A stretch of 24,625 bases of DNA from a virus (lineage: Duplodnaviria > Heunggongvirae > Uroviricota > Caudoviricetes): the IMG/VR virus record IMGVR_UViG_2534681649_000014; one strand, given 5' to 3'. This document shows positions 1 to 10,648 of this stretch, one piece after another. Under the pieces are notes generated by a model, which saw nothing but the letters and a program-made list of their open reading frames with translations, searched no databases and was not told where the DNA came from. Each line of letters starts with the position of its first letter. Position 1 is the first letter of the stretch. A program made the translations under genes and the position numbers.

Positions 1-147
1 AAAACCGTGCAGAAGTGGAACTGGCCACACTCACGTGGGTGGACTGGTATAATAATCGACGATTGCTGGAAAGGCTGGGCCACATCCCTCCGGCAGAAGC
101 AGAAAAAGCTTATTATGCTTCCATCGGAAACGATGATCTGGCAGCCT
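1..147 (+). pseudogene. IS3-family transposase OrfB, 3-prime terminal fragment (cut by window start)
   Basis: Reading frame 3 from position 3 translates to [48 protein letters not shown] then stop at 145-147. This is the characteristic C-terminal tail of IS3-family (rve-domain) transposases. It is in a different frame from the downstream IS66-like ORF. Confidence 0.55.
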
Positions 148-1038
148 GAGTTCACAGATAAAACACTCTCCAGGAAACCCGGGGCGGTTCAGTATGACGT
201 CCTGCGCCAGTATGTGCTGATGCCCGGTAAAGTTCATGCGGATGATATCCCCGTTCCGGTCCAGGAGCCGGGCAGTGGTAAAACAAGAACTGCCCGGCTG
301 TGGGTCTATGTCCGTGATGACCGTAACGCCGGTTCACAGATGCCCCCGGCGGTCTGGTTCGCGTACAGCCCGGACCGGAAAGGTATCCATCCACAGAATC
401 ACCTGGCTGGTTACAGCGGTGTGCTTCAGGCAGATGCTTACGGTGGTTACCGGGCGTTATACGAATCCGGCAGAATAACGGAAGCCGCGTGTATGGCCCA
501 TGCCCGGAGAAAAATCCACGATGTGCATGCAAGAGTGCCAACCGACATCACCACGGAAGCCCTGCAGCGTATCGGTGAACTGTATACCATCGAGGCAGAA
601 GTCCGGGGATGTTCAGCAGAACAGCGTCTGGCGGCAAGAAAAGCAAGAGCCGCGCCACTGATGCAGTCACTGTATGACCGGATACAGCAACAGATGAAAA
701 CACTGTCGCGTCACTCGGATACGGCAAAAGCGTTCGCATACCTACTGAAACAGTGGAAGGCCCTGAACGTGTACTGCAGTAATGGCTGGGTGGAAATCGA
801 CAACAACATCGCAGAGAACGCCTTACGGGGAGTGGCCGTAGGCCGGAAAAACTGGCTCTTCGCGGGTTCCGACAGCGGTGGCGAACATGCGGTGGTGTTG
901 TACTCGCTGATCGGCACATGCCGTCTGAACAATGTAGAGCCAGAAAAATGGCTGCGTTACGTTATTGAGCATCTCCAGGACTGGCCGGCAAACCGGGTAC
1001 GCGATCTGTTGCCCTGGAATGAGGTGTACTGGCAATAG
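148..1038 (+). pseudogene. IS66-family transposase TnpC, N-terminally truncated remnant
   Basis: The translation (…[73 protein letters not shown]…[31 protein letters not shown]…) matches my memory of the central and C-terminal part of IS66-family TnpC. The N-terminal third and the tnpA/tnpB genes are absent, and the upstream sequence is IS3-derived. The exact junction is uncertain, somewhere in 150-230. Confidence 0.65.
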
Positions 1039-1062
1039 CGGACACTACCATTTGTTCTTTTT

Positions 1063-1881
1063 TTAATCAGCCATCTGATGATATTTTTCCCTGAAGGCTG
1101 CCGGGGAGATATTCCCCAGACGAGAGTGACGACGCTGACGATTGTAGAAAATCTCAATGTATTCCCGTATTACTGAGATGGCTTCATCCCGGTTATTAAA
1201 ACGATAGTGGCTCAGGCTCTCATTTTTCAGCGTTCCCCAGAAGCTTTCCATCGGAGCGTTGTCGTAACAGTGACCTTTACGCGACATTGATGTTTTCAGA
1301 CCAGACTGCTCCTGTATGACCCGGTAATCGTATGCGCAGTACTGTGAACCTCGATCAGAGTGGTGGATTAGCCCGGCAGGTGGGCGCTGGCTCCTGAGCG
1401 CCATAAACAGGGCTTTACCTGTCAGCTCTTTTGTCATGCGCTCTCCCATGGCGTAGCCGACAATTTCGCACGTATAAACATCTTTGATGCCAGCGAGGTA
1501 CAACCATCCCTCCTGTGTGGCAACATACGTCAGGTCCGCCACCCAGACCTGATTTGGTGCTGTAGGAGCGAACGTCTGGTTCAGCAGATTTGGCGCAACT
1601 GGCAGATTGTGGTTCGGGTTCGTAGTCGCTCTGAACTTGCGTTTCTGCTTACAGCGTAGCCTTAGCTCCTTACGAAGACGTGCCAGTCGGTCACGACCAA
1701 CGATGATGCCATTCTCTGCCAGCTCCGTCTGGAGCCGCCGGGTTCCATATGTTTCGCGAGTGCGGATATGTGCCACCTTAATCTCCAGTTTTAGCCGCTC
1801 ATCACTTTGTTTTCTGTCTGAGGGTTCATGCTGTACCCAGTTGTAATAACCGCTCCTGGATACACCAAATACCTGACACAT
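1063..1881 (-). CDS. IS3-family transposase OrfB (DDE integrase-like catalytic subunit), expressed as OrfAB by -1 frameshifting
   Basis: 272-aa ORF with DDE/rve-type motifs (…VWVADLTYV…HHSDRGSQYCA…HCYDNAPMESFWGTLKNE…). It lies in the -1 frame relative to orfA, with a slippery site at 1961-1967. Confidence 0.8.
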   Translation of the reverse strand: MCQVFGVSRSGYYNWVQHEPSDRKQSDERLKLEIKVAHIRTRETYGTRRLQTELAENGIIVGRDRLARLRKELRLRCKQKRKFRATTNPNHNLPVAPNLLNQTFAPTAPNQVWVADLTYVATQEGWLYLAGIKDVYTCEIVGYAMGERMTKELTGKALFMALRSQRPPAGLIHHSDRGSQYCAYDYRVIQEQSGLKTSMSRKGHCYDNAPMESFWGTLKNESLSHYRFNNRDEAISVIREYIEIFYNRQRRHSRLGNISPAAFREKYHQMAD

Positions 1882-1930
1882 CGCTTCAATGGGAAATTGT
1901 TGTCGCCATTGTTCGATTAACGCGTATTTT

Positions 1931-2218
1931 TCAGCGACTCCTGTGCAAAATACGCTGTTGCTTTTTTAATATATCTCGCTCAAGGCGAGCTTCATTTAAC
2001 GCCTTACGCAGTTGCAGAATTTCAGATTCCAGTTCAGCCACCGTGCGGGAACCAGGAGTACCGAGCCCTTTTCTGGCGGCGGTAACCCATTGTCCTAAAG
2101 TGCCTTCAGGAAGGGATAATCGGGAAGCGCCTTCACTGATCGAAAGTTGATTTTCAAGAACCGTTCTGACAGCTTCGGCTTTGAACTCTTTAGAGTAACG
2201 TTGGTTTTTTCTGCTCAT
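1931..2218 (-). CDS. IS3-family transposase OrfA (helix-turn-helix subunit)
   Basis: 95-aa ORF beginning MSRKNQRYSKEFKAEAVRTVLENQLSISEGASRLSLPEGTLGQWV, an HTH-type IS3 OrfA. A leucine-zipper-like region precedes the frameshift site. Confidence 0.8.
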   Translation of the reverse strand: MSRKNQRYSKEFKAEAVRTVLENQLSISEGASRLSLPEGTLGQWVTAARKGLGTPGSRTVAELESEILQLRKALNEARLERDILKKQQRILHRSR

Positions 2219-2851
2219 TATTAGCTCCTTCTGATGCCATTCTATTTCAGGAAGGAGTGTCCGTTAAACTCAGGCTACCTCAGACAGTCCTGTTCTCCCA
2301 AATATCATGGTATTGATACGGGAGATTATGCCGTACAGGTACGACACGTTATGTCGTGCCAAAGGGGAGTGGATAGAAAAAATGGCGAAGATGCGAAAAG
2401 TTGATTAATGCATTGAAAAAAAATGAATTAATAATGAACTTGGGTAAAAGCGCCATCAAAATACGACACGACCTGTCGTATTTTGTGTTAGCCGGGAAAA
2501 GATATCTGCTACTTACTAAAATGATTTAGTGCTGAAAATATTTATAAGCCAATAAATAGACAGGTATTACGGAGTAACGCCCAGGCTATTTTAACGAGCC
2601 TGCTGTTTTATTGGCTCAAAAAACATATCCCATAGATGATCAGCCATACCCGCGTTAGTGAGCAAGGTATCCCTTGAGTAGCCAGGGCTGAAGACGCCCA
2701 TTGATGGGCGAAAACCAAGGTTCTGGCCGTTAAAGCGGCTATGTCGTTAAACACATCACCACCATATGCCATCCGGCTCACTTCGTCGGCCAAATTAGTG
2801 TGATATTCTTTCCAGAATTTCTGTTGTATCCACAACATAAGGCGATGATTG

Positions 2852-5800
2852 ATGGAGCAGTCTCTCAATTTTGAAATGTTGCGCAGCCAGTGGCCGGAAC
2901 TGGCAGAACTCGCATGTATGGCAGAGCGCTATGTTCACTCCGATCCGGAAAGCTGCCTGGTTAAGCTGCGCAACTACACCGAATTGATGGTGCGCTGGTT
3001 GTATCGTCAGGAGCGGTTGCCGGAAGGTATTAAGGCTAATCTTTACGATTTAATGAACGCTGATGTCTTTACCAGCATGATGCCGGAAGCCATCATCATG
3101 AAAATGGATGCGCTGCGTATCCATGGCAACCGTGCCGCGCACGGCGGACGTATCAAAGCTAAAGATACTTACTGGCTGCTCAAAGAAGCGTATTTGTTGG
3201 GAATTTGGCTGTATGTTCGCTACGCCCACGGTAATGTTGATGACTGCCCCAAATTTACACTCCCTCCATTAACACAATCTTCAGGTCGTGCAGATGAAAA
3301 ACGTCTGGAAGATGCAATCAAGGCTCAGGATGAAAGCCGTGAGCGCGAACTGGCGCTACAACGCGCACTACAGCAAGAACAGGAAAAGGCCGAACACCTC
3401 ACTCAACGCCTGAATGAAGCCAGAGCGCGTAACCAGCATGTTGCCGATATTCTCTCTATTGATGAAGCGGAAACCCGCCGTCGCCTGATTGACTCTCGCT
3501 TACTTGCAGCCGACTGGAATGTAGGGGAAGAACTTAAAAACACGGATCAAGTCACACAAGAACATCCAGTCAAAGAGCAACCCACCACCTCTGGTGACGG
3601 TTATGCAGACTATGTCTTGTGGGATGAGGCACACAAACCGTTGGCGGTGGTGGAAGCAAAAAAAACCAGCGTCAATGCCGAGCAAGGACGAATTCAGGCC
3701 CGGCTGTATGCAGACTGGCTGGAAAAAGAATACGGTCAGCGTCCGGTCATCTTCTACACCAACGGCTATGATATCTGGCTGTGGGATGACCATAAAACTC
3801 ATGGTTATCCCCCGCGTCGGGTGTTTGGCTTCTACAGCAAGGAAAGCCTGCAATATCTTATTCAGCAGCGTGAAACCCGTCTGCCGCTGAACAGAGTGCC
3901 ACACGTAAAAGATAACGAAGGTAAGGCCGTTGCCGGACGTTTGTACCAGCTCGAAACCATTGCCCGCGTCAGTGAACGGTTTACCAACAAGTACCGACAA
4001 TCGTTAATTGTTCAGGCTACGGGTACAGGCAAAACCCGCGTGGCAATTGCACTAAGCAAACTGATGATTGATGCCCGCTGGGTAAAACGCGTCCTGTTTC
4101 TTTGCGACCGTAAAGAACTGCGTAAACAGGCGGCAAATGCCTTTAATCAATTCACCAATGAGCCGCTGTATGTGGTCGGGAAATCGAAAAAAGCAGACAG
4201 GCAGAATGCCAGAATCTACATCGCTACCTATCCCGGTATGATGAAAATCATGGACCATTTCGATGTCGGTTATTTCGATTTGATCATCGCCGATGAATCC
4301 CACCGCTCTATCTACAACGTCTACGGCGATCTGTTTAAGTATTTTGATGCCCTCCAGATTGGCCTGACGGCCACGCCAATTGACATGGTGAGTAAAACCA
4401 CTTTCGGCCTGTTTGGTTGTGAAGGACGTATTCCTACCGCCAACTACAGCCTGGAAGATGCCATCGCCGATAACAATCTGGTTCCCTATGAGGTTGTCAC
4501 ACACACAACAGAATTCCTGCGCGAAGGTATCAAACGGGAGAAATTAAGCGACGCACAAATCCGCGAGCTGGAAGAACAAGGCATAGATCCCAATACGCTG
4601 GAGTTTGATGGCAAGGCGCTGGATGAGGCGATCTACAACAAAGACACCAACCGCTATATCCTGCGTAACCTGATGGAAAATGGCCTGAAAGATCGGGACG
4701 GCCAGTTGCCTGGTAAAACCATCATTTTCGCCCGTAACCACAAACACGCGCTGCTGTTGAATGAATTGTTCGACGATATGTACCCACAGTTTGCCGGGCG
4801 CTTCTGCCAGGTCATCGACAACTACGATCCCCGCGCCGAGCAACTGATTGATGATTTTAAAGGGCTGGATGAAAGCACCAACAAAGAGCTGACCATCGCT
4901 ATCTCCGTTGACATGCTCGATACCGGTATTGATGTCCCGGAAATTGTGAATCTGGTCTTTGCCAAACCGGTCAAATCAAAAGTGAAGTTCTGGCAGATGA
5001 TTGGCCGTGGTACGCGCCTCTGTCCGGGGTTGTACGGTTACGACGATAACGGCAAACCGCTGGATAAACAGAAATTCCGCATTTTCGATCACTGGGGCAA
5101 TTTTGAGTATCACGAGCTGCATACCGAAGAGGCGGAAGTCACAGCGACAAAATCGCTTGCGCAAAAACGCTTCGAAGCGTGGGTTATGCTGGGGGCCGCT
5201 GCGCAGCGTAAATTCGACAAACAGGCGGTGGATTTAGTTGCTCACCAGCTTCGCGAGCAAATCAACGCACTGGATGAAAAGTCGATTGCCGTACAGGAAA
5301 AATGGCAGCAGAAAGCGCAGTACAGTGATGAAAAGGTGCTGCGCCAGCTTTCTCCGAAAACACAGCAGGATCTGCTATCTGTTCTGGCCCCGTTGATGCA
5401 GTGGCTGGACGTGCGCGGGCAAAGCGATGCCATACGCTTTGATATGGATATTCTGGCGGCGCAAACTGCCCGTTATACCAACCCGGAAGAGCTGGATGTT
5501 CTCTGGCCGATCATCGTCGAAAAAGTGGAGCGCCTGCCGCCGCATTTGGCGCAGGTGCAGCAACAGGGACAACGAATCAATCAGCTTCGTAATTTAAGCT
5601 GGTGGAAGCAGGCCAGCCTGGAAGAGCTGGAGGATATTCGCATTCATTTGCGCGGTATCATGCACCTGATGGAAAAAGACGCGACGCCTAAATTTGGTTC
5701 GATACAGGTGGATATTACCGAAGATGCGAACCTGATCCAGACGGAGACCCGCAAAACTAATATCCGCTCGATTGATTTCAAACTCTATCGCCAGCAGGTT

Positions 5801-6265
5801 CAGGGGGCGCTGGAGCCGCTGTTCCAGCAAAACCCGGTTCTGAAGAAAATCCGCAACGGCGAGCCAGTCACGCAAAACGAGCTGGATGAGCTGGCGAAGC
5901 TGGTGCTGATCCAGAACCCCAACGTTGATATTCGTGCGTTGAAAGAGTTTTATCCGCAGGCAACCGCCAGCCTGGATAAACTTTTGCGTACCATCATCGG
6001 GATGGACAGCGACGCGGTGGAAGTGCGTTTTGCCCAGTTCGCCGCTGATAACAGCCTGACCAGCCAACAACTGCGCTTCCTGTCATTGCTGAAAAACCAC
6101 ATTCGCGATTACGGCACCATTGAAATGCGGCAGCTCTTTGAACAGCCTTTTACGCATATCCACAACGAAGGCGTTACCGGTGTGTTCCCTGATATAGCGC
6201 AAATCGCCCGCCTGCAAAAGATAGTCGAAGAGCTGGGTGTTGTGACCGACGCAGCGACGGTATAA
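2852..6265 (+). CDS. hsdR: Type I restriction enzyme R subunit (HsdR)
   Basis: About 1137 aa. It has a PD-(D/E)xK-like nuclease motif (DYVLWDEAHKPLAVVEAKK), helicase motif I (QATGTGKT) and motif II (IIADESH). It is followed by hsdM and hsdS. The start could be TTG at 2849 or ATG at 2852. Confidence 0.9.
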   Translation: MEQSLNFEMLRSQWPELAELACMAERYVHSDPESCLVKLRNYTELMVRWLYRQERLPEGIKANLYDLMNADVFTSMMPEAIIMKMDALRIHGNRAAHGGRIKAKDTYWLLKEAYLLGIWLYVRYAHGNVDDCPKFTLPPLTQSSGRADEKRLEDAIKAQDESRERELALQRALQQEQEKAEHLTQRLNEARARNQHVADILSIDEAETRRRLIDSRLLAADWNVGEELKNTDQVTQEHPVKEQPTTSGDGYADYVLWDEAHKPLAVVEAKKTSVNAEQGRIQARLYADWLEKEYGQRPVIFYTNGYDIWLWDDHKTHGYPPRRVFGFYSKESLQYLIQQRETRLPLNRVPHVKDNEGKAVAGRLYQLETIARVSERFTNKYRQSLIVQATGTGKTRVAIALSKLMIDARWVKRVLFLCDRKELRKQAANAFNQFTNEPLYVVGKSKKADRQNARIYIATYPGMMKIMDHFDVGYFDLIIADESHRSIYNVYGDLFKYFDALQIGLTATPIDMVSKTTFGLFGCEGRIPTANYSLEDAIADNNLVPYEVVTHTTEFLREGIKREKLSDAQIRELEEQGIDPNTLEFDGKALDEAIYNKDTNRYILRNLMENGLKDRDGQLPGKTIIFARNHKHALLLNELFDDMYPQFAGRFCQVIDNYDPRAEQLIDDFKGLDESTNKELTIAISVDMLDTGIDVPEIVNLVFAKPVKSKVKFWQMIGRGTRLCPGLYGYDDNGKPLDKQKFRIFDHWGNFEYHELHTEEAEVTATKSLAQKRFEAWVMLGAAAQRKFDKQAVDLVAHQLREQINALDEKSIAVQEKWQQKAQYSDEKVLRQLSPKTQQDLLSVLAPLMQWLDVRGQSDAIRFDMDILAAQTARYTNPEELDVLWPIIVEKVERLPPHLAQVQQQGQRINQLRNLSWWKQASLEELEDIRIHLRGIMHLMEKDATPKFGSIQVDITEDANLIQTETRKTNIRSIDFKLYRQQVQGALEPLFQQNPVLKKIRNGEPVTQNELDELAKLVLIQNPNVDIRALKEFYPQATASLDKLLRTIIGMDSDAVEVRFAQFAADNSLTSQQLRFLSLLKNHIRDYGTIEMRQLFEQPFTHIHNEGVTGVFPDIAQIARLQKIVEELGVVTDAATV

Positions 6266-6278
6266 TACACGCATGACA

Positions 6279-6304
6279 AGCCCCGGCAGCGGGGCTTTTG
6301 TATT
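6279..6304 (+). terminator. Putative rho-independent terminator between hsdR and hsdM
   Basis: GC-rich hairpin AAGCCCCG-GCAG-CGGGGCTT followed by TTTTGTATTT. Confidence 0.45.
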
Positions 6305-6328
6305 TAAAACAGGATATAAACGCTAACA

Positions 6329-7963
6329 ATGATTACTGGCGACTTAAAAAGTAAAATCGACGGACTATGGGAAGATTTCTGGGTGGGTGGTATCACCAAC
6401 CCGCTGACCGTAATCGAACAGATCACCTATCTGATGTATTCCCGGATGCTGGATACCCAGGAACAACGCGACGAAAAGCGTAAACAAATCGCGGGTATTG
6501 ATTTTAAACCGCGTTTTGCGCCAGAACAGCAGGAGTTCCGTTTCAGTCACTATAGCAACCTTGGCTCGGATGAGATGATGGAAGTGGTGCGCGATGGCGT
6601 ATTCCAGCATTTCCGTCAGCTCGGCCAGGCCGATGCTTCGAAGGTGACGCTGCTGGGCAACTTTATGAAAGATGCTCGTCTGGAGATTGTTAAGCCGTCA
6701 TTGCTGACCAAAGCGGTTGAGGTAATCAAAAACCTGCCATTGGATCGCGGCGACACCAAAGGCGACCTTTACGAATACCTGTTAAGCAAGCTGACAACTG
6801 CCGGAATCAACGGACAGTTCCGCACACCGCGCCACATTATCCGCACGATGGTTGAAATGATGGAGCCGAACCCGGCCCGCGGCGAGACGATTTGCGATCC
6901 CGCCTGTGGCACCGGTGGTTTTCTGGCAACCAGCTATGAATATCTGCTGGAGAAGTACAGCTCGCTGGAATCCATTCATACTGAGATTGGCACCAACGAA
7001 CGTGGCGAGCTGGAAGAGCAAAAAATCTTTACCGGCGATCTGCTGACACCGTGGCGTAACCATGTGGATAACAACATGTTCCACGGTTACGACTTTGACA
7101 CCACAATGCTACGTATCGCCGCCATGAACCTGATTATGCACGGCGTGGATGCGCCTGATATCCACTATCAGGACACAATGAGCCAGAGTTTCAGCACAAA
7201 CTTCCCGCAGGCCAGTAAAAACGCCTTCAACCTGATTCTGGCGAACCCGCCGTTTACCGGTTCACTGGACGAGGAAGATATCGACTCCACGCTGTCGGCA
7301 ATGGTGAAAACCAAAAAAACCGAACTACTGTTCCTGGCGCGTATTCTGCAAATGCTGAAAGTGGGCGGGCGCAGTGCCACTATCGTGCCGCAGGGCGTGC
7401 TGTTTGGCTCTAGCAAGGCGCACCAGTCACTTCGCAAAACGCTGGTGGAAGATAACCAACTGGAAACGGTGATCAATCTGCCTTCTGGTGTATTTAAACC
7501 TTACGCTGGCGTGGCGACGGCGATCCTGATCTTTACCAAAGGCGGTCAAACGGATGAGGTCTGGTTCTACGATCTACAAAATGACGGCTACAGCCTGGAT
7601 GATAAGCGCAACCCGATAAAAGACAACGATCTGCCGCATCTGCTGGCAAGCTGGAAGCATTACCGTACTTTACGCGGGCTACCGGTTGATAACTTTATGG
7701 GTAAGAAGTTAGCCTCGTTGCTTAAACAGCAGTACCCGGAAGGGATTAATGCTGGCGTTGATTTTAAAGATCGCACGCAGGCGGCGTTTGTTGTACCGAA
7801 AGCGGATATTGCTGCGCAGAAATACGATCTATCCATCAACCGTTATAAAGAAGTCGTGTATCAGGCGGAGGAATATGAAGATCCGAAGGTGATATTGAAG
7901 CGGTTAAAGGATCTGGAAAAAGAGATTCTGGCGGATTTGGATGAGCTGGAGGGGATGCTGTGA
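6329..7963 (+). CDS. hsdM: Type I restriction-modification system M subunit (N6-adenine DNA methyltransferase HsdM)
   Basis: 544 aa. SAM-binding motif I ([12 protein letters not shown]) and catalytic motif IV NPPF ([11 protein letters not shown]). Sits between hsdR and hsdS. Confidence 0.9.
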   Translation: MITGDLKSKIDGLWEDFWVGGITNPLTVIEQITYLMYSRMLDTQEQRDEKRKQIAGIDFKPRFAPEQQEFRFSHYSNLGSDEMMEVVRDGVFQHFRQLGQADASKVTLLGNFMKDARLEIVKPSLLTKAVEVIKNLPLDRGDTKGDLYEYLLSKLTTAGINGQFRTPRHIIRTMVEMMEPNPARGETICDPACGTGGFLATSYEYLLEKYSSLESIHTEIGTNERGELEEQKIFTGDLLTPWRNHVDNNMFHGYDFDTTMLRIAAMNLIMHGVDAPDIHYQDTMSQSFSTNFPQASKNAFNLILANPPFTGSLDEEDIDSTLSAMVKTKKTELLFLARILQMLKVGGRSATIVPQGVLFGSSKAHQSLRKTLVEDNQLETVINLPSGVFKPYAGVATAILIFTKGGQTDEVWFYDLQNDGYSLDDKRNPIKDNDLPHLLASWKHYRTLRGLPVDNFMGKKLASLLKQQYPEGINAGVDFKDRTQAAFVVPKADIAAQKYDLSINRYKEVVYQAEEYEDPKVILKRLKDLEKEILADLDELEGML

Positions 7964-9042
7964 GTTCGGCGATGGTGAAGTTAGGGGATGTTATTAATGT
8001 TCACTACGGAAAAGCATTAAAAGCTGATCAGCGTGTATCGAATGGAAGTGTCCATGTGTTTGGTAGTTCAGGAATTGTCGGCAACCACGATAAAACGCTT
8101 TGCAGCTATCCCACGATAATTATTGGCCGCAAAGGCAGCGTTGGTGCTATTACCTGGGCTCCAAGCGGAGGCTGGATCATTGATACTGCTTATTACGTTG
8201 AGATCAAAGATAATAATAAGTTAGATCTCCGATACTTGTTTTATATTCTGAGCGGAATTGATCTCACTAAGAAAACGATTACCACAAGTATTCCTGGATT
8301 AAATAGAGACGATCTCTATGATACATTTATTAAATTACCACCTTTTGAAGAGCAGAAACGAATTGTGGATCTTCTCGATAAAGCTGAGGGTATACGCCAA
8401 AAACGTGAGCAATCCATCAAACTGGCTGATGATTTTTTGCGTGCTACGTTTGCTACAATGTATGGGAATCCTATTACAAACCCCAAAAAATGGCCTGTCC
8501 ATCTTATGGGAGAAATTATTGAATTTAAAGGTGGAAATCAACCACCTAAAAGTGATTTTATTTTTGAACCTAAACAGGGTTATATTAGATTAGTACAAAT
8601 TAGAGATTTTAAATCCGATAAATATGCGACGTACATTCCGCAAGAAAAAGCAAAACGTATTTTCGAAGTTGATGATGTTATGATTGCTCGTTATGGGCCA
8701 CCTGTGTTTCAAATACTTAGAGGTTTATCCGGCAGCTACAATGTAGCTTTAATGAAAGCTTCACCCAAAGAAAATATTAGGAAGGGGTTTATATTCTATC
8801 TTCTACAACTTCCGGAATATCATGATGTTGTTGTAAAAAACTCTGAAAGAACAGCAGGACAAACCGGTGTAAATCTTGAACTATTAAACAAATTCAATGT
8901 TCCCCTCCCACCTATATACTATCAAGATGAGATATTAGATAGATTAGCTAGAATTGAAAAATTTAAAGAAAAAATAGAAATATCATTAAATCATTTAGAA
9001 ATACAATTTTTATCACTACAGAAGAGATTAATAGGTTTTTAA
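7960..9042 (+). CDS. hsdS: Type I restriction-modification system specificity subunit (HsdS)
   Basis: 360-aa ORF whose GTG start overlaps the hsdM stop (GTGA). Markedly lower GC than hsdR/hsdM, as expected for target-recognition domains. It has two repeated halves (…LPPFEEQKRIVDLLDKAEGIRQKREQ… and …NVPLPPIYYQDEILDRLARIEKFKEK…) consistent with conserved HsdS spacer regions. An alternative ATG start is at 7972. Confidence 0.8.
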   Translation: MSSAMVKLGDVINVHYGKALKADQRVSNGSVHVFGSSGIVGNHDKTLCSYPTIIIGRKGSVGAITWAPSGGWIIDTAYYVEIKDNNKLDLRYLFYILSGIDLTKKTITTSIPGLNRDDLYDTFIKLPPFEEQKRIVDLLDKAEGIRQKREQSIKLADDFLRATFATMYGNPITNPKKWPVHLMGEIIEFKGGNQPPKSDFIFEPKQGYIRLVQIRDFKSDKYATYIPQEKAKRIFEVDDVMIARYGPPVFQILRGLSGSYNVALMKASPKENIRKGFIFYLLQLPEYHDVVVKNSERTAGQTGVNLELLNKFNVPLPPIYYQDEILDRLARIEKFKEKIEISLNHLEIQFLSLQKRLIGF

Positions 9043-9101
9043 ATCCTTAGTATCGAAATAAACATTAATTAATTATATTAAATTAAGATATTTTAGGAAA
9101 T

Positions 9102-9134
9102 TAAGGCGTCACTCTTAGGTAACGCCTTTTTTTA
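9102..9134. terminator. Putative bidirectional terminator between convergent hsdS and the downstream minus-strand gene fragment
   Basis: Hairpin AAGGCGT-(loop)-ACGCCTT followed by TTTTTTTAC. Confidence 0.45.
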
Positions 9135-9166
9135 CTATCTCGCCCCCTAAGAAGGTTATATCTTAC

Positions 9167-9935
9167 TTAATACCTGTGACTATTTTTGATATAATCATAA
9201 ATACACACTAATTTGCAAAAATTACTTGACAACACCTGAGTATTCATAGCTTCATCTATATGTTTTTTCAATATTTTGAGAAGCTCTCCCATATCGCGCT
9301 TGATTAATCCAGGCTCCATATAAGGCATCATTCTTAAAAAGAAACTGAAATCATAAGCAAGATATAACTCATTGACCCCCACCTTGACCTCAGGAACGGT
9401 TTCAGAGCGTCGTTTATCCCATCCTTGAGACTGAAAACTAATAGGAGTGATATTTAATCGTGATAAAACGCCACCTGAGAGTTCTGTTTCATTAATTATA
9501 CTCCCATCAGGATTAATTAATTTAGCGTGATTTAAGAAGTGAAAAATAGGAATGCGCGCATTGCCTTTGCATATATTTGGCAAAACATCATTAACAACAC
9601 ATCCCCAATCATAATATCCATTTTCAAATACAACCTCTCGGATGAGATCTACACGCTCCAGTCCAACCAATCCTTTAGTTGCCATCGATTCCGATTTTTT
9701 TACCATCGAAATAGCACCATATCCCACAACAAACTCAGTTGTACTGACCCCTTCTTCAATTTTCTCTGAATCCCTCACATATAATTTTCCTTTCGGATCA
9801 TCAGTTAAGACCAACTCATAAAGTTCATCTTTTATCATTCGGAATAAATGTGCTGGAATCCTTTTTTTAGTTTCACTCAGCACCTCAAATATTTCTTTAT
9901 AGGATGGTGCCTGAACATATTTTACCGGGATTTTT
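9167..9935 (-). pseudogene. Low-GC gene fragment (C-terminal portion) abutting IS1; possibly the distal part of the IS1-disrupted SIR2-like gene
   Basis: The ORF 9167-9949 has its predicted start codon inside the IS1 terminal repeat, so the native N-terminus is missing. Host-encoded sequence begins at 9935. AT-rich. No recognisable catalytic motif. Confidence 0.45.
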
Positions 9936-9950
9936 GGTAATGACTCCAAC

Positions 9951-10454
9951 TTACTGATAGTGTTTTATGTTCAGATAATGCCCGATGACCTTGTCATGCA
10001 GCTCCACCGATTTTGAGAACGACAGTGACTTCCGTCCCAGCCTTGCCAGATGTTGTCTCAGATTCAGATTATGTCGCTCAATGCGCTGAGTGTAACGCTT
10101 GCTGATAACGTGCAGCTTTCCCTTCAGGCGTGATTCATACAGCGGCCAGCCATCCGTCATCCATACCACGACCTCAAAGGCCGACAGCAGGCTCAGAAGA
10201 CGCTCCAGTGTGGCCAGAGTGCGTTCACCGAAGACGTGCGCCACAACCGTCCTCCGTATCCTGTCATACGCGTAAAACAGCCAGCGCTGACGTGATTTAG
10301 CACCGACGTAGCCCCACTGTTCGTCCATTTCAGCGCAGACAATCACATCACTGCCCGGTTGTATGCGCGAGGTTACCGACTGCGGCCTGAGTTTTTTAAG
10401 TGACGTAAAACCGTGTTGAGGCCAACGCCCATAATGCGTGCACTGGCGCGACAT
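9951..10454 (-). CDS. insB: IS1 transposase InsB (frame expressed as InsAB fusion)
   Basis: 167-aa ORF (…[72 protein letters not shown]) matching IS1 InsB. Confidence 0.85.
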   Translation of the reverse strand: MSRQCTHYGRWPQHGFTSLKKLRPQSVTSRIQPGSDVIVCAEMDEQWGYVGAKSRQRWLFYAYDRIRRTVVAHVFGERTLATLERLLSLLSAFEVVVWMTDGWPLYESRLKGKLHVISKRYTQRIERHNLNLRQHLARLGRKSLSFSKSVELHDKVIGHYLNIKHYQ

Positions 10455-10648
10455 CCGACGCCATTCATGGCCATATCAATGATTTTCTGGTGCGTACCGG
10501 GCTGAGAGGCGGTGTAAGTGAACTGTAGTTGCCATGTTTTACGGCAATGAGAGCAGAGATAGCGCTGATGTCCGGCAGTGCTTTTGCCGTTACGCACCAC
10601 GCCTTCAGTAGCGGAGCAGGAAGGACATCTGATGGAAATGGAAGCCAC
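10373..10648 (-). CDS. insA: IS1 InsA (transposition inhibitor / N-terminal part of transposase)
   Basis: 91-aa [45 protein letters not shown]…, zinc-finger InsA of IS1. Confidence 0.85.
   Translation of the reverse strand: MASISIRCPSCSATEGVVRNGKSTAGHQRYLCSHCRKTWQLQFTYTASQPGTHQKIIDMAMNGVGCRASARIMGVGLNTVLRHLKNSGRSR

Larger units (their letters stand above)
1040..2300 (-). mobile_element. IS3-family insertion sequence (possibly IS600-like), complete-looking; boundaries approximate
   Basis: Contains orfA (1931-2218) and orfB (1063-1881) on the minus strand, with an A-AAA-AAG slippery heptamer (plus strand CTTTTTT at 1961-1967) in the overlap. The ~1.26 kb size is typical for an IS3-group element. 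Terminal inverted repeats were not confidently located. Confidence 0.6.

Noticed and set aside
7-1038. ORF-track 343-aa ORF read as an intact IS66 transposase
   Set aside because: The first ~50 codons are a frame artefact. The sequence at 3-147 encodes an IS3-family orfB tail in a different frame, so the IS66 tnpC is a truncated remnant and not an intact gene.
2608-2868. 86-aa minus-strand ORF overlapping the hsdR start
   Set aside because: No RBS, and it overlaps the hsdR start and promoter region. It may be a short relic of a divergent gene destroyed by the IS, but it cannot be supported as a gene.
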